Below are positions 47,517 to 59,794 of a stretch of 64,000 nt of DNA, in pieces; position 1 is the first letter of the stretch, and every line of letters begins with the position of its first letter. Source of the DNA: Isurus oxyrinchus. Lineage: Eukaryota. The position numbers were made by a program, and so were the translations under genes. The DNA is taken from the NCBI GenBank assembly GCA_026770705.1, contig JANJGN010000150.1:248001-312000 (forward strand), given 5' to 3'. The notes beneath the pieces are model-generated. The model was not told the DNA's origin, ran no database searches, and saw only the letters and a program-made list of their open reading frames with translations.

Positions 47517-47879
47517 AACTGTCGTAATTCAGATGATGTTTGAAATTAGCAACATGCCTCGTGTAACATTCTATATCATCAGCTCAATATAACCAGATTA
47601 GTCTTGTACGTTTCACTTCACTGCAAATTGTTCATGGTTTCATTTCCTTGTTAACCAGGCTCATGTGATCACTATTTTTAAATAATGTTTGTTATTTGGA
47701 ACAAGGGGCCATGCCTGAACAGATAACTGTCGGATCAAGCAGCTGGGTTTTTTCTTGAACCTTACTTCATTCTGTTGTTTGCTGCTGGACATGAGATCAT
47801 TAATGTGTGAATGTAGAATCGAAGTCACCTCAGTGAACAGCAGCATTGGTTGAACAGCCTGATCTGCAATAAGAACTGC

Positions 47880-48375
47880 TGAACACAATGTCCATTCAGA
47901 ACAGCTCGGTCCCCGATCAGAGAAACAGCCTCAGACAGAACCAACTGACGCTGGAATCCATACAATTCATCAACGTGTTGGGAGTTAGTTTGATGTCGGA
48001 GATGGAGTGTTACTGGGAAGGAGGGAACCCGTCAGGATGAACAGCTCGATGTACGACAAGGAAAGGATGAGCTAAGAGGGGTTGGTCACGGACAGACGGA
48101 GCGTGTGAAGACTCAACAAGCTAATGGCAGGTGAAGAGCTGGAAAGGTGTCTTTTCAACACAAGGTTTAGACACAGAACTCGATGTTTGATCGGGTATTT
48201 CAAACCAGAGAAACTCTTTACAGGGTGAATGGACCTTGTCAATAATCCATCCAGCCAACCTCGCCTGGAGATTAGTCCAATATTAGACACTAAACCGAGT
48301 CCCCCGTCTGCCCTCTCGGGCGGGTGTGAAAGATCCCACAGCCACTATTTGGAGGAAGAGCAGGGGGGAGATCTC
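47880..48375 (+). repeat. Inverted duplicate of 50175-50670
   Basis: Near-identical reverse complement; paired ORFs in the track. Confidence 0.9.
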
Positions 48376-48684
48376 ACACGCAGACACACACACACACACA
48401 CACACGTACACACATTTTCAGTATTGACCCTCTGGGAGTGCAGCACTCCCTCAGCACTGACCCTCTGGGAGTGCAGCTCTCCCTCAGTACTGACCCTCTG
48501 GAAGTGCAGCACTCCCTCAGTGCTAACCCTCCAACAGTGCAGCACTCTCTCAGTACTGACCCTCTGACAGTGCAGCACTCCCTCAGTACTGACCCTCCAA
48601 CAGTGCAGCACTCCCTCACTGGGAAGAGTCCGTCCGCATTTTAAGCTGAAACCTTGAGACGGTCTCAAAATCCCAACCTTCCAT

Positions 48685-49341
48685 CTCAGAGAGAGAGAGT
48701 GCGTTTATGTGAGAGAGAGAGACAATGTATGTGTGAGAGACTGAGAGTGTGTATGTGTGAGAGAGCAAAAGAGAGGTAGAGTGTGTGTGCATGAGAGAGG
48801 GAGGTAGCTTGTGTGTGTGAGAGAGAGAGTGTGCGTGAGAGAAAGAGAACGTCTGTGAGAGTGAGAGAGAATTTATGTGTGAGAGAGAAAGATAGAGAGA
48901 GAATGTGTGTGTGAGATAGTGTGTGTGCAAAACAGAGTGTGTGTCTGTGAGAGAGTGTTTGTGTATGTGAGAGTGTGTGTGTGAGATCATGTGTGTGTGT
49001 GTGTTTGAGAAAGAGGGTGTGTGTGTTTGAGAGAGGGAGTGTGCGAGAAAGAGATGGTGTGAGTGTTTGAGGGAGGGGGAGATTGTGTGTTTGAGACAGG
49101 GAGTGAGAGAGAACATGTGTGTGAGAGAGAGAGTGTGTGTGTATGTGTGTGTGTGAAAGAGAAAGTGTTTGTGCAAAACAGTGTGTGTTTGAGAGTATGT
49201 GTGCATGTGTGAGTGTGTGTGTGTGTGTGCTAATGTTTGTGTCTGTGTGTGTATGAGGGTTTGTGTGTGAGTGAGTTTGTGCGTTTGTGTGCGTGTGTGT
49301 GTGCATGTGTGTGCGTGAAAGAGTGTTTGTGCAAAAGAGTG
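48685..49341 (+). repeat. GA/GT-rich low-complexity tract
   Basis: Dinucleotide mosaic abutting the gap. Confidence 0.9.
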
Positions 49342-49532
49342 NNNNNNNNNNNNNNNNNNNNNNNNNNNNNNNNNNNNNNNNNNNNNNNNNNNNNNNNNNN
49401 NNNNNNNNNNNNNNNNNNNNNNNNNNNNNNNNNNNNNNNNNNNNNNNNNNNNNNNNNNNNNNNNNNNNNNNNNNNNNNNNNNNNNNNNNNNNNNNNNNNN
49501 NNNNNNNNNNNNNNNNNNNNNNNNNNNNNNNN
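49342..49532. other. Assembly gap
   Basis: 191 N. Confidence 1.
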
Positions 49533-50844
49533 ACAGTTACACACGTTGCTAGGGACCACTTTTCCGCCTCTCTGTCAGACTGTGTGTATCTGACAGCAGG
49601 TCAGGCAGAAATAGTCCAGAATGCGCTGTGGTTTTGTAGCATTGAAACAACGACAGGAACTAAATGAGTGCTGCACCAAATAAAGACATGGAGTGACCAC
49701 ACCAAAAAACCACGTGACTTCCCCAGTTTCACATCTCCCTCAAACACAGAAAAACTGGGTTAACACTGACCCTCCTCCCAGAGCCAGTTCACCTCGTGTC
49801 CGATGCAGTCAGGAGAGGAAGATCATCTCTCCTCCGATCCTGCTAAACTGAACATTTCCAGAATTAGATCAGCTCCCTGAAGTGTCTCCAGTTAGACATT
49901 CATCTGACAGGATTGACTCTACAACCCTGGGGACTCATTCTCCTGTAAGTAAAACACTTGCTGCTCCTGTCAAATCTCTTCTGTACAGCATGGTCTCTGG
50001 ATGTCCCAGAACACTTTACAACTGAGTGAACCCTTTTTTTGAAGTGTGGTTACTGTTGTAATGTAGGAAACGCAGCAGCCAATTAGCGCACAGCAAGCTC
50101 CCACAAACAGCAATGTGATCATCTGTTTTTGGTGATGTTGGTTGAGGGATAAATATTGGTCCCAGGACACCGGGGAGATCTCCCCCCTGCTCTTCCTCCA
50201 AATAGTGGCTGTGGGATCTTTCACACCCGCCCGAGAGGGCAGACGGGGGACTCGGTTTAGTGTCTAATATTGGACTAATCTCCAGGCGAGGTTGGCTGGA
50301 TGGATTATTGACAAGGTCCATTCACCCTGTAAAGAGTTTCTCTGGTTTGAAATACCCGATCAAACATCGAGTTCTGTGTCTAAACCTTGTGTTGAAAAGA
50401 CACCTTTCCAGCTCTTCACCTGCCATTAGCTTGTTGAGTCTTCACATGCTCCGTCTGTCCGTGACCAACCCCTCTTAGATCATCCTTTCCTTGTCGTACA
50501 TCGAGCTGTTCATCCTGACGGGTTCCCTCCTTCCCAGTAAAACTCCATCTCCGACATCAAACTAACTCCCAACACGTTGATGAATTGTATGGATTCCAGC
50601 GTCAGTTGGTTCTGTCTGAGGCTGTTTCTCTGATCGGGGACCGAGCTGTTCTGAATGGACATTGTGTTCAGTACTGATCCTCCGACAGTGCAGCACTCCC
50701 TCAGTACTTACCCTCTGACAGTGCAGCACGCCCTCAGTACTGATCCTCTGACAGTGCAGCACTCCCTCACCACTCCCTCACTGGGGAGAATCTACCTGGG
50801 TTTTGAGCTGAAATCATGAGCAGGTCTTAAAACATTCTGTATCA

Positions 50845-51730
50845 GAGAGAGAGAGAGTGTCTGAGAGAGAGAGAGAGACAGAGAGACTGTGTGAGAGAGA
50901 AAAAGAGATAGAGAGTGTGCATGTGTGAGGGCGAGTGTTTGTATATGAGGGAGAGAGTGTGCATGTGAGAGTGTGTGAGAGAGAGTGTGTGGGAGAGAGC
51001 GTGTGTTTGTGACAGAGAGTGTGTGTGTGTGTGCGAGGGAGAGAAAGAGAGAGACAGCAGAAGATCGAGATGAAGAGAAATGTTAAATGTTTGAGAGAGA
51101 GAGAATGTGTGTGTCTGAGAGAGAGAGTGTGTGTGTGTGAGAGAGAGTGTGTGCTTGACAGAAAGAGAGATTGTGTTAGTTTTAGGGAAAGTTTGTGAGT
51201 GTGTGAGAGAGTGTTTGTGTCTGAGAGAGAGAGAGAATGTATTTGAGGGAGGGAGACAGAGAGAATGTGTATGTGAGAGAGAGAGAGAGAGCAGAAGAGT
51301 GCGATAGAGAGAGATTGTGAGTGTTAGAGAGAGAATGTCTGTGTGTGTGAGAGAGAGATAGAGCAGAAGAGTGTGACAGAGAGAGATTGTGAGTGTTAGA
51401 GAGAGAATGTGTGTGTGTGTGAGAGAGAGATAGAGCAGAAGAGTGTGATAGAGAGAGATTGTGAGTGTTAGAGAGAGAATGTGTGTGTGAGAGAGAGAGA
51501 GAGATAGAGCAGAAGAGTGTGATAGAGAGAGATTGTGAGTGTTAGAGAGAGAATGTGTGTGTGTGTGAGAGAGAGATAGAGCAGAAGAGTGTGATAGAGA
51601 GAGATTGTGAGTGTTAGAGAGAGAATGTGTGTGTGTGTGAGAGAGAGATAGAGAAAGATTGTGAGTGTTAGAGAGAGAATGTGTGTGTGAGAGAGAGAGA
51701 TAGAGCAGAAGAGTGTGATAGAGAGAGTTC
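50845..51730 (+). repeat. GA/GT low-complexity tract and compound repeat
   Basis: Its right part is the reverse complement of 46355-47275. Confidence 0.9.
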
Positions 51731-52694
51731 TAATCAAATCAAGGTTCGTTCTTTGTTTGTCTTTGGTGGGCTTCCCCAGGTGATTGATGTCTCGTTGTTG
51801 TTAATGGGCTCGCATGATGTTTATCATTGTCTTCCTGCCCAGTAACTAGTTTTGAACTGAAAGCCATTGTATGTGTTGAGTATTGATGGGTTCGCATAAT
51901 TAAATTGCCGGCCTCAGAAGTTAGGAGCGATTATTGATGCAAGATTTAGATGGGCTTCAGTTGCGTGTGAAGTGAAGTCTTTCTCTGGGTTGATTGTATT
52001 AAAGGGAAGAATGCGTATTCTGTCTCCTCTCGTTGTCTGGTTTCAGGCCAAACATTCCACACTGCTCTCAATAAGCCCGCACATGTGCAGCCCCAGGCCT
52101 TCATGGGCCCAGCCTCCTGTCTGCAGGGTTTTCCACTTAACTCAGCAGTTTAAAGGTGCAAAAGTGATATCCTTGTTGATGATATGGAAAATGTGGGAAT
52201 TTTGAGAACCCTTCAAGAGATAGGGAGGGTTACAGGGGCTGGAGGAGGTTACAGGTATAGGGAGGGGTGTAGGGGTTGAAGGTGGTTACAGAGATGGGGA
52301 GGGTTGTGGGGGTTGGAGGTGGTTACAGATATAGGGAGGGGTGTAGGGGTTGAAGGTGGTTACAGAGATGGGGAGGGTTGTGGGGGTTGGAGGTGGTTAC
52401 AGATATAGGGAGGGGTGTAGGGGTTGAAGGTGGTTACAGAGATGGGGAGGATTGTAGGGGCAGGTGGAGGCTGCCTTAGGGACGGTTGTAGGGGCTGGAG
52501 GAAAGGGAGAGAGAGAGGAGGTTACAGATATAGGGAGGGAGACAGTCAGAGAGAGAGCCTCCAGAAGATAGAGAGCGATAGAGAGATTGAGAGACAGACA
52601 GAGACTGAGAGAGGGAGAAGAGAGAAGGAGAGTGAGAGAGAGACAGAACAAGTGTGAAAGATGGTGGAAGGGAAGAGTGGGGAGGAGGGGGCCT

Positions 52695-53040
52695 GATGGT
52701 ATTTTCACTGGACCAGTAATCCAGAGACCCAGTGTAATGCTCCTGGGACCCTGGTTAGAATCCCACCACAGCAGTTGGTGGAATTTGAACTCAATAAAAA
52801 CCTGGAATTAAAAGTCCGATGATGACCAGGAAACCATTGCTGATTCTTGTATTTGGGTCACAAATGCCCTTTAGGGAGGGAAATCTGCTGTCCTTACCTG
52901 GTCTGGCCTACATGTGACTCCAGACCCACAGCAATGTGGTTGACTTTTAAAAAGTGGCCTCTGAACAAGGGCAATTAGGGTTGGGCAATAAATGCTGGCC
53001 TGGGCAGTGATGTCCACATCACATGAAAGAATGAAATAAA
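52695..53040 (+). mobile_element. tRNA-derived SINE with a LINE-type 3' tail
   Basis: Box-B-like ggttagaatccc. The 3' end gggcaattagggttgggcaataaatgctggcc is shared with LINE ends at 59810, 63230 and 23830. Confidence 0.7.
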
Positions 53041-53599
53041 AGGACAGAGAGGGACAGACAGAGTCGAGAGACACCCAGAATGAAAAAAACACAGTAAACA
53101 CTGGAAAATAAACATTCTGGTCTGATCTGGTCTTGTATACCTTCAAATGGAACACCAGTAAAACAGGGAAATAAGAGTACTGGGCCAAACTGTTAGAGAG
53201 GGGCACATTTAGAGAGAGAGAGAGAGAAAGAGGGAGACACTGAAAGAGATAAGGACAAGGAAAGAAAGAGTGAGAGAGAGAGACAGACAGAGACACACAA
53301 AGAAGTAGAAAGAAAGTGATAGAGATGAAGCAGGAGAGAATGAGGAGAAAGATAGATAGATAGAGAGAGAGGATGGTAGAGAAAGAGAACGAGAGGAAAA
53401 GAGACAAAGGCAGAATGTGATGGAACACTGAATCCTTGTCTATGCGTTTTGAAATCCAGCCCAGAACTATCATTGGAAGATTCAGCGAGTGTCCAGTACA
53501 GGGGACCCAGCCCAACCTTCTCATCCTGACCTTCCCAGTGGGGCTGAAGAGGGCAGAGAGGAAACCTTCCTCTGTTATTCTGTTGTCGAATAAACACAA

Positions 53600-54236
53600 C
53601 AATTCTGGAACTCTGCCCTTTCTATCTCACGGATTAGAATATAAGGGGGCAGAGGTCATGCTTCAGTCTACATAAAGCCCTGGCTAGACCACACCTGGAG
53701 TCACTGTGAGACATTCTGGGCCCCACACCTTAGGAAGGATATATTGACCTCGGAGGGAGAGCAGTGTCAGTTTACCAGAATGAGACCGAGACTCCAAGGG
53801 TTAAATCACAAGGAGAGATTAAACACAAAGTCGGCTTGTATTCCCTGGAAGTTAGAATGTTAAGCAGGAGATTTGATGAAAGTTCGCATGATAATAAGGG
53901 GAACAGATCGGGGGCGATAAAGAGAAACCATTTCCCCTGGTTGGGGGGAGTCTGGGACTCGGGGTCAGAGCCTAAAAAGGAGAGGCTGACCTTTCAGGAG
54001 TGAAATTAGGAAGTACAAAGGGTGGGAGAAATTTGGAACGGTCTTCCCCAAACTGAAACTGATGCACGATCAAGTTGTTCATTTTAAACCTGTGAGACTG
54101 ATAGATTTTTGTTATCCAAAGGTATTAAAGGAGATGGGACAAAGCCATATGGGGCTAGTTTGCAGATCAGCCATGATCTCATTGAATGGTGGAGCAGGCT
54201 CGAGGGGCCAAATGGCCTCCTCCTACCCTCATGTAA
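53600..54236 (+). mobile_element. Diverged CR1 LINE 3' fragment
   Basis: GLEYKGAEVMLQ and RPHLE motifs plus CR1 3' UTR. Confidence 0.8.
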
Positions 54237-54610
54237 TAGAAACTTACCTGTCAGAAGCCAGTTTATGTTGATGTGAGTCTGAGTCGATGACTGAACCCAG
54301 TTGGTGACTTGTTCCATACAAAGCAAGAACGTTCATGCCCTTCAATGTTCCTGGATAAACCATGAACAAAGCTGGTGACAGACAGTCTCCACATGGTAAA
54401 CACTGACCGATCAACACATGACATGGCTGTTAACCCTTAAACCTCAGCGTAAATCAGTTCCCCCTCGAGGCCCCTTGTCCAAAATAAAAGCAACGCACAC
54501 AATTTGTAAAATAGTAAGTGTAGCAATGAGAGGAGTAAGGGGTTAGGGGGCGTGCGCTTCACCTGATTTGCCGACATAAGAACCAGCCCCTCTGTTTTTG
54601 CTATGTTGTG

Positions 54611-54823
54611 TTGCATCAATATGAACACATATTTGCACAAGGTGAAGGGCATTGCGGAGGGACTGATAGTTCTCGGCGCCAGACAGTCTATGTCCCAGTG
54701 ACCTTACTGCTGGTCCCAGGCCAGTGGGACAGGGAACATCGACACTGCAATATCCAGAAATGGGTGTGATACCACACAGCTACCCACCCCCGGCTGTCCC
54801 CTTCAAGTGTTTCAGGTATAAGA
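54611..54823 (+). promoter_or_regulatory. Promoter of copy 2: C/EBP-like sites, GGCGCC-N5-GTCT BMP/Smad element, TATA
   Basis: TTGCATCA 54611-54618, TTGCACAA 54633-54640, GGCGCC-agaca-GTCT 54675-54689, TATAAGA 54817-54823. Confidence 0.6.
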
Positions 54824-55189
54824 GCAGGAAGCTCCTCTAGTTACAAACCAAAGCATCAAAGCAGAGCCAGAAGATCAGAAGAGACAGGCAGAGATGGGAA
54901 GCTCCCAGATGAAATGGCGACTTGTCTTGTTCACTCTGACTTTGCTGCTCTCCCTGCAGCTGAGTCACTTCTTCTCCTTGTCGAGGGTAAGCTAAGAGAT
55001 GTCCCTCTGGGTGAGGTGTTTCTTGCACATGACTCTACATCTACCACCCAGATAGACTGGTCACTTCCGCAGTTTGATATTATTATGTTCGTGCCTTTAA
55101 TATTGTCGCCCTCTATGAATTTAACATCATTTCCTTCTGTCATTTCCCCTGAAATTCTCATTCTTGTTTTCAATCCCTCCTCAGCGACT

Positions 55190-55995
55190 CCCTATCTCTG
55201 TAACCTCCTCCAGCCCGTACAACCCTCCCTATCTCTGTAAACTCCTCCAGCCCCTACAACCCTCCCTATCTCTGTAACCTCCTCCAGCCGCTACAACCCT
55301 CCCTATATCTGTAACCTCCTCCACTCCCTACAACAATCCCCATCTCTGTAACTTCCTCCAGCCCCTACAACTGTCCCTATCTCTGTTACCTCCTCCAGCC
55401 CCTACAACACTCCCTATCTCCGTAACCTCCTCCAGCCCCTACAACCCTCCCTATCTCTGTAACCTCCTCCAGCCCCTATAAACCTCCCTATCTCTGTAAC
55501 CTCCCCCAGGCCCCACAACCCTCATGATCACTGTAACCTCCTCTAGACTCTACAACCCTCCCTATCTCTGTAACCTCCTCCAGACCCTACAACCCTCCCT
55601 ATCTCTGTAACCTCCTCCAGGCCCCACGACCCTCAGAATCACTGTAACCTCCTCCAGCCCCTACAATGCTCATGAACTCTATAACGTCCTCTCCACACTA
55701 TAACTCTCCCTATCTCTGTAACCTACTGTGGCCCCTACAGCAGTATCTATTTTGGTAACCTCCTCCAGCCTCTACAACCCTCCTTACCTCTGTAACCTCC
55801 TCCAGCCCCCACAACCCCCCCCATCTCATTAACCTCCTACAGCCCCTACTCACCTCCCTATCTCTGTAACCTCCTACAGCCCCTACAACCTTCCCTATCT
55901 CTGTCACCTCCTACAGCCTCTAGAACCCTCCCTATCTCTGTTACCTCCTACAGCCTCTACAACCCTCCCTATCTCTGTAACCTCCTCCAGCCGGA
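55190..55995 (-). repeat. About 37-bp minisatellite
   Basis: Reverse complement of 41040-41880. Confidence 0.95.
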
Positions 55996-56024
55996 ACAAC
56001 CCTACCTAAATCTCTGGTCTGAGT

Positions 56025-56725
56025 CTCACTCCAGGGAATTCAGTCCCATAACGTCAGTCAACACTCCGTGCTGAGGGAGTGCTGCACTGTCAGAGGGTCA
56101 GTAGTGTGGAAGTGTTGCACTATTGGAGGGACAGTACTGAGTGAGTGCTATACTGTCGGAGGTCAGTACTGAGGGAGTGCTGCTGTGTCGGAGGGTCAGT
56201 ACTGAGGGAGCGCTGCACTGACGGAGGGACAATACTGTGGGAGTGCAGCACTATCGAAGGGTTAGTACTGAGGGAGTGCTGCTGTGTCGAAGGGTTAGTA
56301 CTGAAATAGAGCTGCACTGACGGAGGGACAGTACTGAGGGAGCGCAGCACTATCGAAGGGTTAATACTAAGGGAGTGCTGCAGTGTCAAAGGGTTAGTAC
56401 TGAGGGAGCACAACAATGTTGAATGAGACATTAAACCGAGTCCCCCGTCTGCCCTCTCGGGCGGGTGTGAAAGATCCCACAGCCACTATTTGGAGGAAGA
56501 GCAGGGGGTGTTCTCCCCGGTGTCCTGGGACCAATATTTATCCCTCACCCAACATCACCAAAAACAGATGATCTAGGCCATGATCACATTGCTATTTGTG
56601 GGATCTTGCTGTGCACAAATCAGCTGCCACATTTCCTACAGTGTGAGTGCACTTCAAAAACATCCTTCAGTGGCTGTGAAATGCTTTGGGATGTGGTGAA
56701 AGGCGTTAGAGAAATGCAAGTCTGT
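56025..56725 (+). mobile_element. Deu-domain SINE with an internal 33-bp expansion
   Basis: Inverted copy of 40440-41010 with more 33-bp units. Confidence 0.75.
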
Positions 56726-58409
56726 CCTCCTCCCTCTCTCTCTCCTGTACCTCTCTCTCTCTCTCTCCCTCTCCCTCAATCCTCCTCTCACTTTCTCCCT
56801 GATAAATTCTTTCTTTTTGCAGGTTGACACTGCTTTAGGTTCTTCGACGATTGAGAAATCTGTGGATTCCCCGGACACGGTAGGTGGAAATTCATTCCTT
56901 ATTTTAAGGTTTCTCCCTGCTCGTTTCTTCCACAGAAAGTTTTCTGATTTCAAGCTGATTTCAGTGGCAGTCTGTCTCGGTTATACTCAGGAGGCATGTT
57001 TGAAATCGAACCCCCCCCGCCCCCTTTTTTTGCAAAGCTGGGAAGAGGCAATTCCAAGGAAGTGAACATATCCACACAGGAATTTTAAATGTAACCCACG
57101 CCGGGAATAGTGAGAGGGAGACTGATCCAGCCTGGGAGTGGGTTAAAGAGAGGCTGGGAGTCGAGAGTCGGAGAGAGGGATGGAATGGGGGAGGGAGGGA
57201 TTGGAAGAGAGAGACAGAGAGTGGGACGGGGAGGGGTGAAAGGGAAAGAACATAGGTGGGAGAGAGTGACAGAGGGAGAAATTAAAGAGATGCAGAGTGA
57301 GGGAAAGTGAAAAGAGAAGAGAGATTGTCCAAGAGAGAGAAATTAACAGGAAAGGGAGAGTTACAGAGTGAGCGAAAGGTACAAAAATAGTGTGAGAGAG
57401 AGGGAGAGATACAGAGTGGGAGAAGGAGACAGGGGAGAGAGAGGGAGAGAGACAGGAAAAGGGAGAGAGGAGAGAAAGATTGGGAGAGAGGGCAATTGAG
57501 AGGAAGAGTAGAAGAGAGAGAGACAGGGAGAGGAGGAGTGGATGAGAGGAAGAGAGAGAGAGATATGGAGCAGGAGAACACCTCCTCCGGTCCCGATGTT
57601 CCTCCAAAATCTCTGACATTACTGCATCTCCCGGGTCCCCCGATTCCCAACGCTCCACCATTGGTGGCCGTGCCTTCAGCTGCCTGGGGCCCTGAGCTCC
57701 GGAATACCCTCCCTTAACCTCTCTGCCTCTCTCTCTCTCTCTCCTTTAAGACGCTCCTTAAAAACTGACATCTTTGACCAAGCTTTTGGTCACCTAACCC
57801 TAATATCTCCATATGTGACTCAGTGTTAGACTTCTCTCTGATTTACGCTCCGGTAATGTGGGCTGGGACATTTTGCAATATCAGAGGCGCTGTGTAAATG
57901 CAAGTTGTGAGTGTTATGTGGAAGGGAGACCCCAGGCGGCAGTCAGTGCCAGAGACTGGAGTCATTGTGTGCAGACCGTATCTAATCTCTCCGAATGCAC
58001 AATCGGTTTGACTGTCAGCCAAAGCACTTTTGATATTTGATCCTTCTAACTGTTTATAACCAGGCCTACATCAAACACCGAGAGGCTGGTTAATCAACAG
58101 ACACCTTAGAGGATCAAGTGAAAGACAAAGAGGACTTGCATTTCTCTAGCGCCTTCCAACACATCAGGACGTCCCAAAGTGTTTCGCAGACAATCAAGTG
58201 CTTTTTTTCTTTCATGTGAGGTCACTGATGTACTGTGGGAAAAGAATCAGCCATTGGCGCACAGTAAGATCCCACAGACAGCAGCATGATAATGACCAGC
58301 GCGCTCCCAGTACTTGCACTGCAAGTGTCAGTTCAGGATGTGTGCTCGATTCTCTGCAACTCTCAGCTCTGAGTTAAAAGGACCACCAGGCATAATTGAG
58401 AAATTACCG

Positions 58410-58832
58410 AGCTGTCGGAGGGTCAGTACCGGCGGGGGGGCAGGACAGTCGGAGGGTCAGTACTGAGGGGGTGCTGCATTGTCAGACGGTCAGTCTTGGA
58501 GTGCTGCACTGTCAGAGGGTCAGTACCGGCGGGGGACTGCACAGTCGGAGGGTCAGTACTGAGGGGGTGCTGCATTGTCAGACGGTCAGTACTGAGGGAG
58601 TGCTGCACTGTCAGAGGGTCAGGGCTAAGGGAGTGCTGCACTGATGGAGGGTCAGTACTGAGTGAGTGCTGCACTGTCAGAGGGTCAGTGCTAAGGGAGT
58701 GCTGCACTGTTGGAGGGTCAGTGCTAAGGAAGTGCTGCACTGTACAGAGGGAGTGTGAGACTGACAGAGGGTCACTATTGAGGATGTGCTGCACAGTCGG
58801 GGGGGTCAGTACTGAGGGAGCACTGCACTGCC
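58410..58832 (-). repeat. 33-bp satellite, diverged
   Basis: Tandem units. Confidence 0.88.
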
Positions 58833-58975
58833 ATAGGTGGTTTCTTTCAGATGACATGAGAGAGAGGGTTAAACCCACTGAGACAAGACTGACACTAATG
58901 AGGCTGCTCAATAATTTAACCCTATCAGTGCCAGTAAATAATGTGAGGATGTCTTCTGTTTCCATTTCTCTGTAG

Positions 58976-59224
58976 GGTAAACAGAACGTGCTGATTACTG
59001 AGCCCCGGAACACAACCAGAGACACAACTAGTGAGGGGGAGACCCCAGCTCCCCGGGGTCTCTCTGAAGGTGCATTGGGAGGCGATGCTGGACATTGGCA
59101 CATCGACAATCCCAACGGCCTTCTCTACGCCAATCCCCAAGTATTGAGGATGTCCAGTGATGATGGGTCTGTCCACAGGGAAGAGGAGACGGAATACGCA
59201 CAGATCAGGTTCGAGCATAACTGA
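58976..59224 (+). CDS. Orphan Siglec-type terminal cytoplasmic exon (LLYANP..TEYAQI), copy 1
   Basis: ccatttctctgtag acceptor, phase 0, 82 aa open. Two-Tyr layout with a C-terminal ITSM, like CD33-related tails. Confidence 0.75.
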   Translation, partial: GKQNVLITEPRNTTRDTTSEGETPAPRGLSEGALGGDAGHWHIDNPNGLLYANPQVLRMSSDDGSVHREEETEYAQIRFEHN

Positions 59225-59421
59225 ATGAGAAATGGGGAGTGGGAGGGAGGAGGTGTGAGGGTGGGGGTAGTGATTGAGATTCCTGGGAACAGGAAACAAT
59301 CCACTGGGGGAGAGGGGGAGAGAGGGAGGAAGGGATGCGATTGGGCTGCGGTTGCTGTGGTTTGGAATGAAATGCTTCTCCAGAGAGGACTGGATGCTGA
59401 GCCACTGGGGATAGAGATTCA

Positions 59422-59456
<35 letters not shown>

Positions 59457-59794
59457 TCTTTGTCTTTCTTTCTGTGTCTGTCACTCATTCTCTATCTCCA
59501 GCTCCTCCTTTAAGATGCCCGTTAATAACTGACTTTGTTGACTCAGCTGTTGGTCTCCTGTCCCTTATATCTCCTCATGTGCCTCAGAGTCAGGTGAAGA
59601 TGTGACTAACAATTCCCGGATGAGCCTTGGGACATTTTGCTACATTAAAGGTCCTATATAAATGCAAGTAGTTGCAGTAAGTCTGATCTGCTTCGATTAA
59701 CAATGGAACCACAAAGGCTCCTTCGACAGGGCGTGTGTGCAGGAGGATCCCAATAAATACATTGAGCTGTGAGATTTTTAATTCTTACATCGAA

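Larger units (their letters stand above)
54894..57003 (+). pseudogene. Hepcidin-like prepropeptide gene, copy 2 (exons 54894-54986, 56823-56879, 56965-57003)
   Basis: Same 62-aa reading as copy 1. Donors agg|gtaagc and acg|gtaggt; acceptors tttttgcag and gatttcag. TGA at 57001-57003. Confidence 0.55.
54450..57385 (+). repeat. Inverted duplicate of about 39783-42620
   Basis: Near-identical reverse complement with satellite-length differences. Confidence 0.95.

Noticed and set aside
47880-48140. Coding-looking duplicated stretch ending in a possible donor
   Set aside because: Three in-frame stops and no recognisable domain.
49862-49944. Possible 83-bp exon (LDQLPEVSPV..THSP|gtaagt)
   Set aside because: Good donor but no recognisable homology or partner exons.
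57001-57003. TGA as selenocysteine
   Set aside because: The position corresponds to an expected Arg, and no SECIS element was recognised.
54894-57065. SCPP, LEAP2, defensin or spexin identity for the small secreted gene
   Set aside because: No SxE-rich or Pro/Gln-rich exons, and no LEAP2/defensin Cys pattern or NWTPQ motif. The hepcidin layout fits best but is unconfirmed, so no symbol was assigned.
58064-58088. 25-bp micro-exon candidate upstream of 58976
   Set aside because: Weak donor (gttaat) and no counterpart before copy 2.
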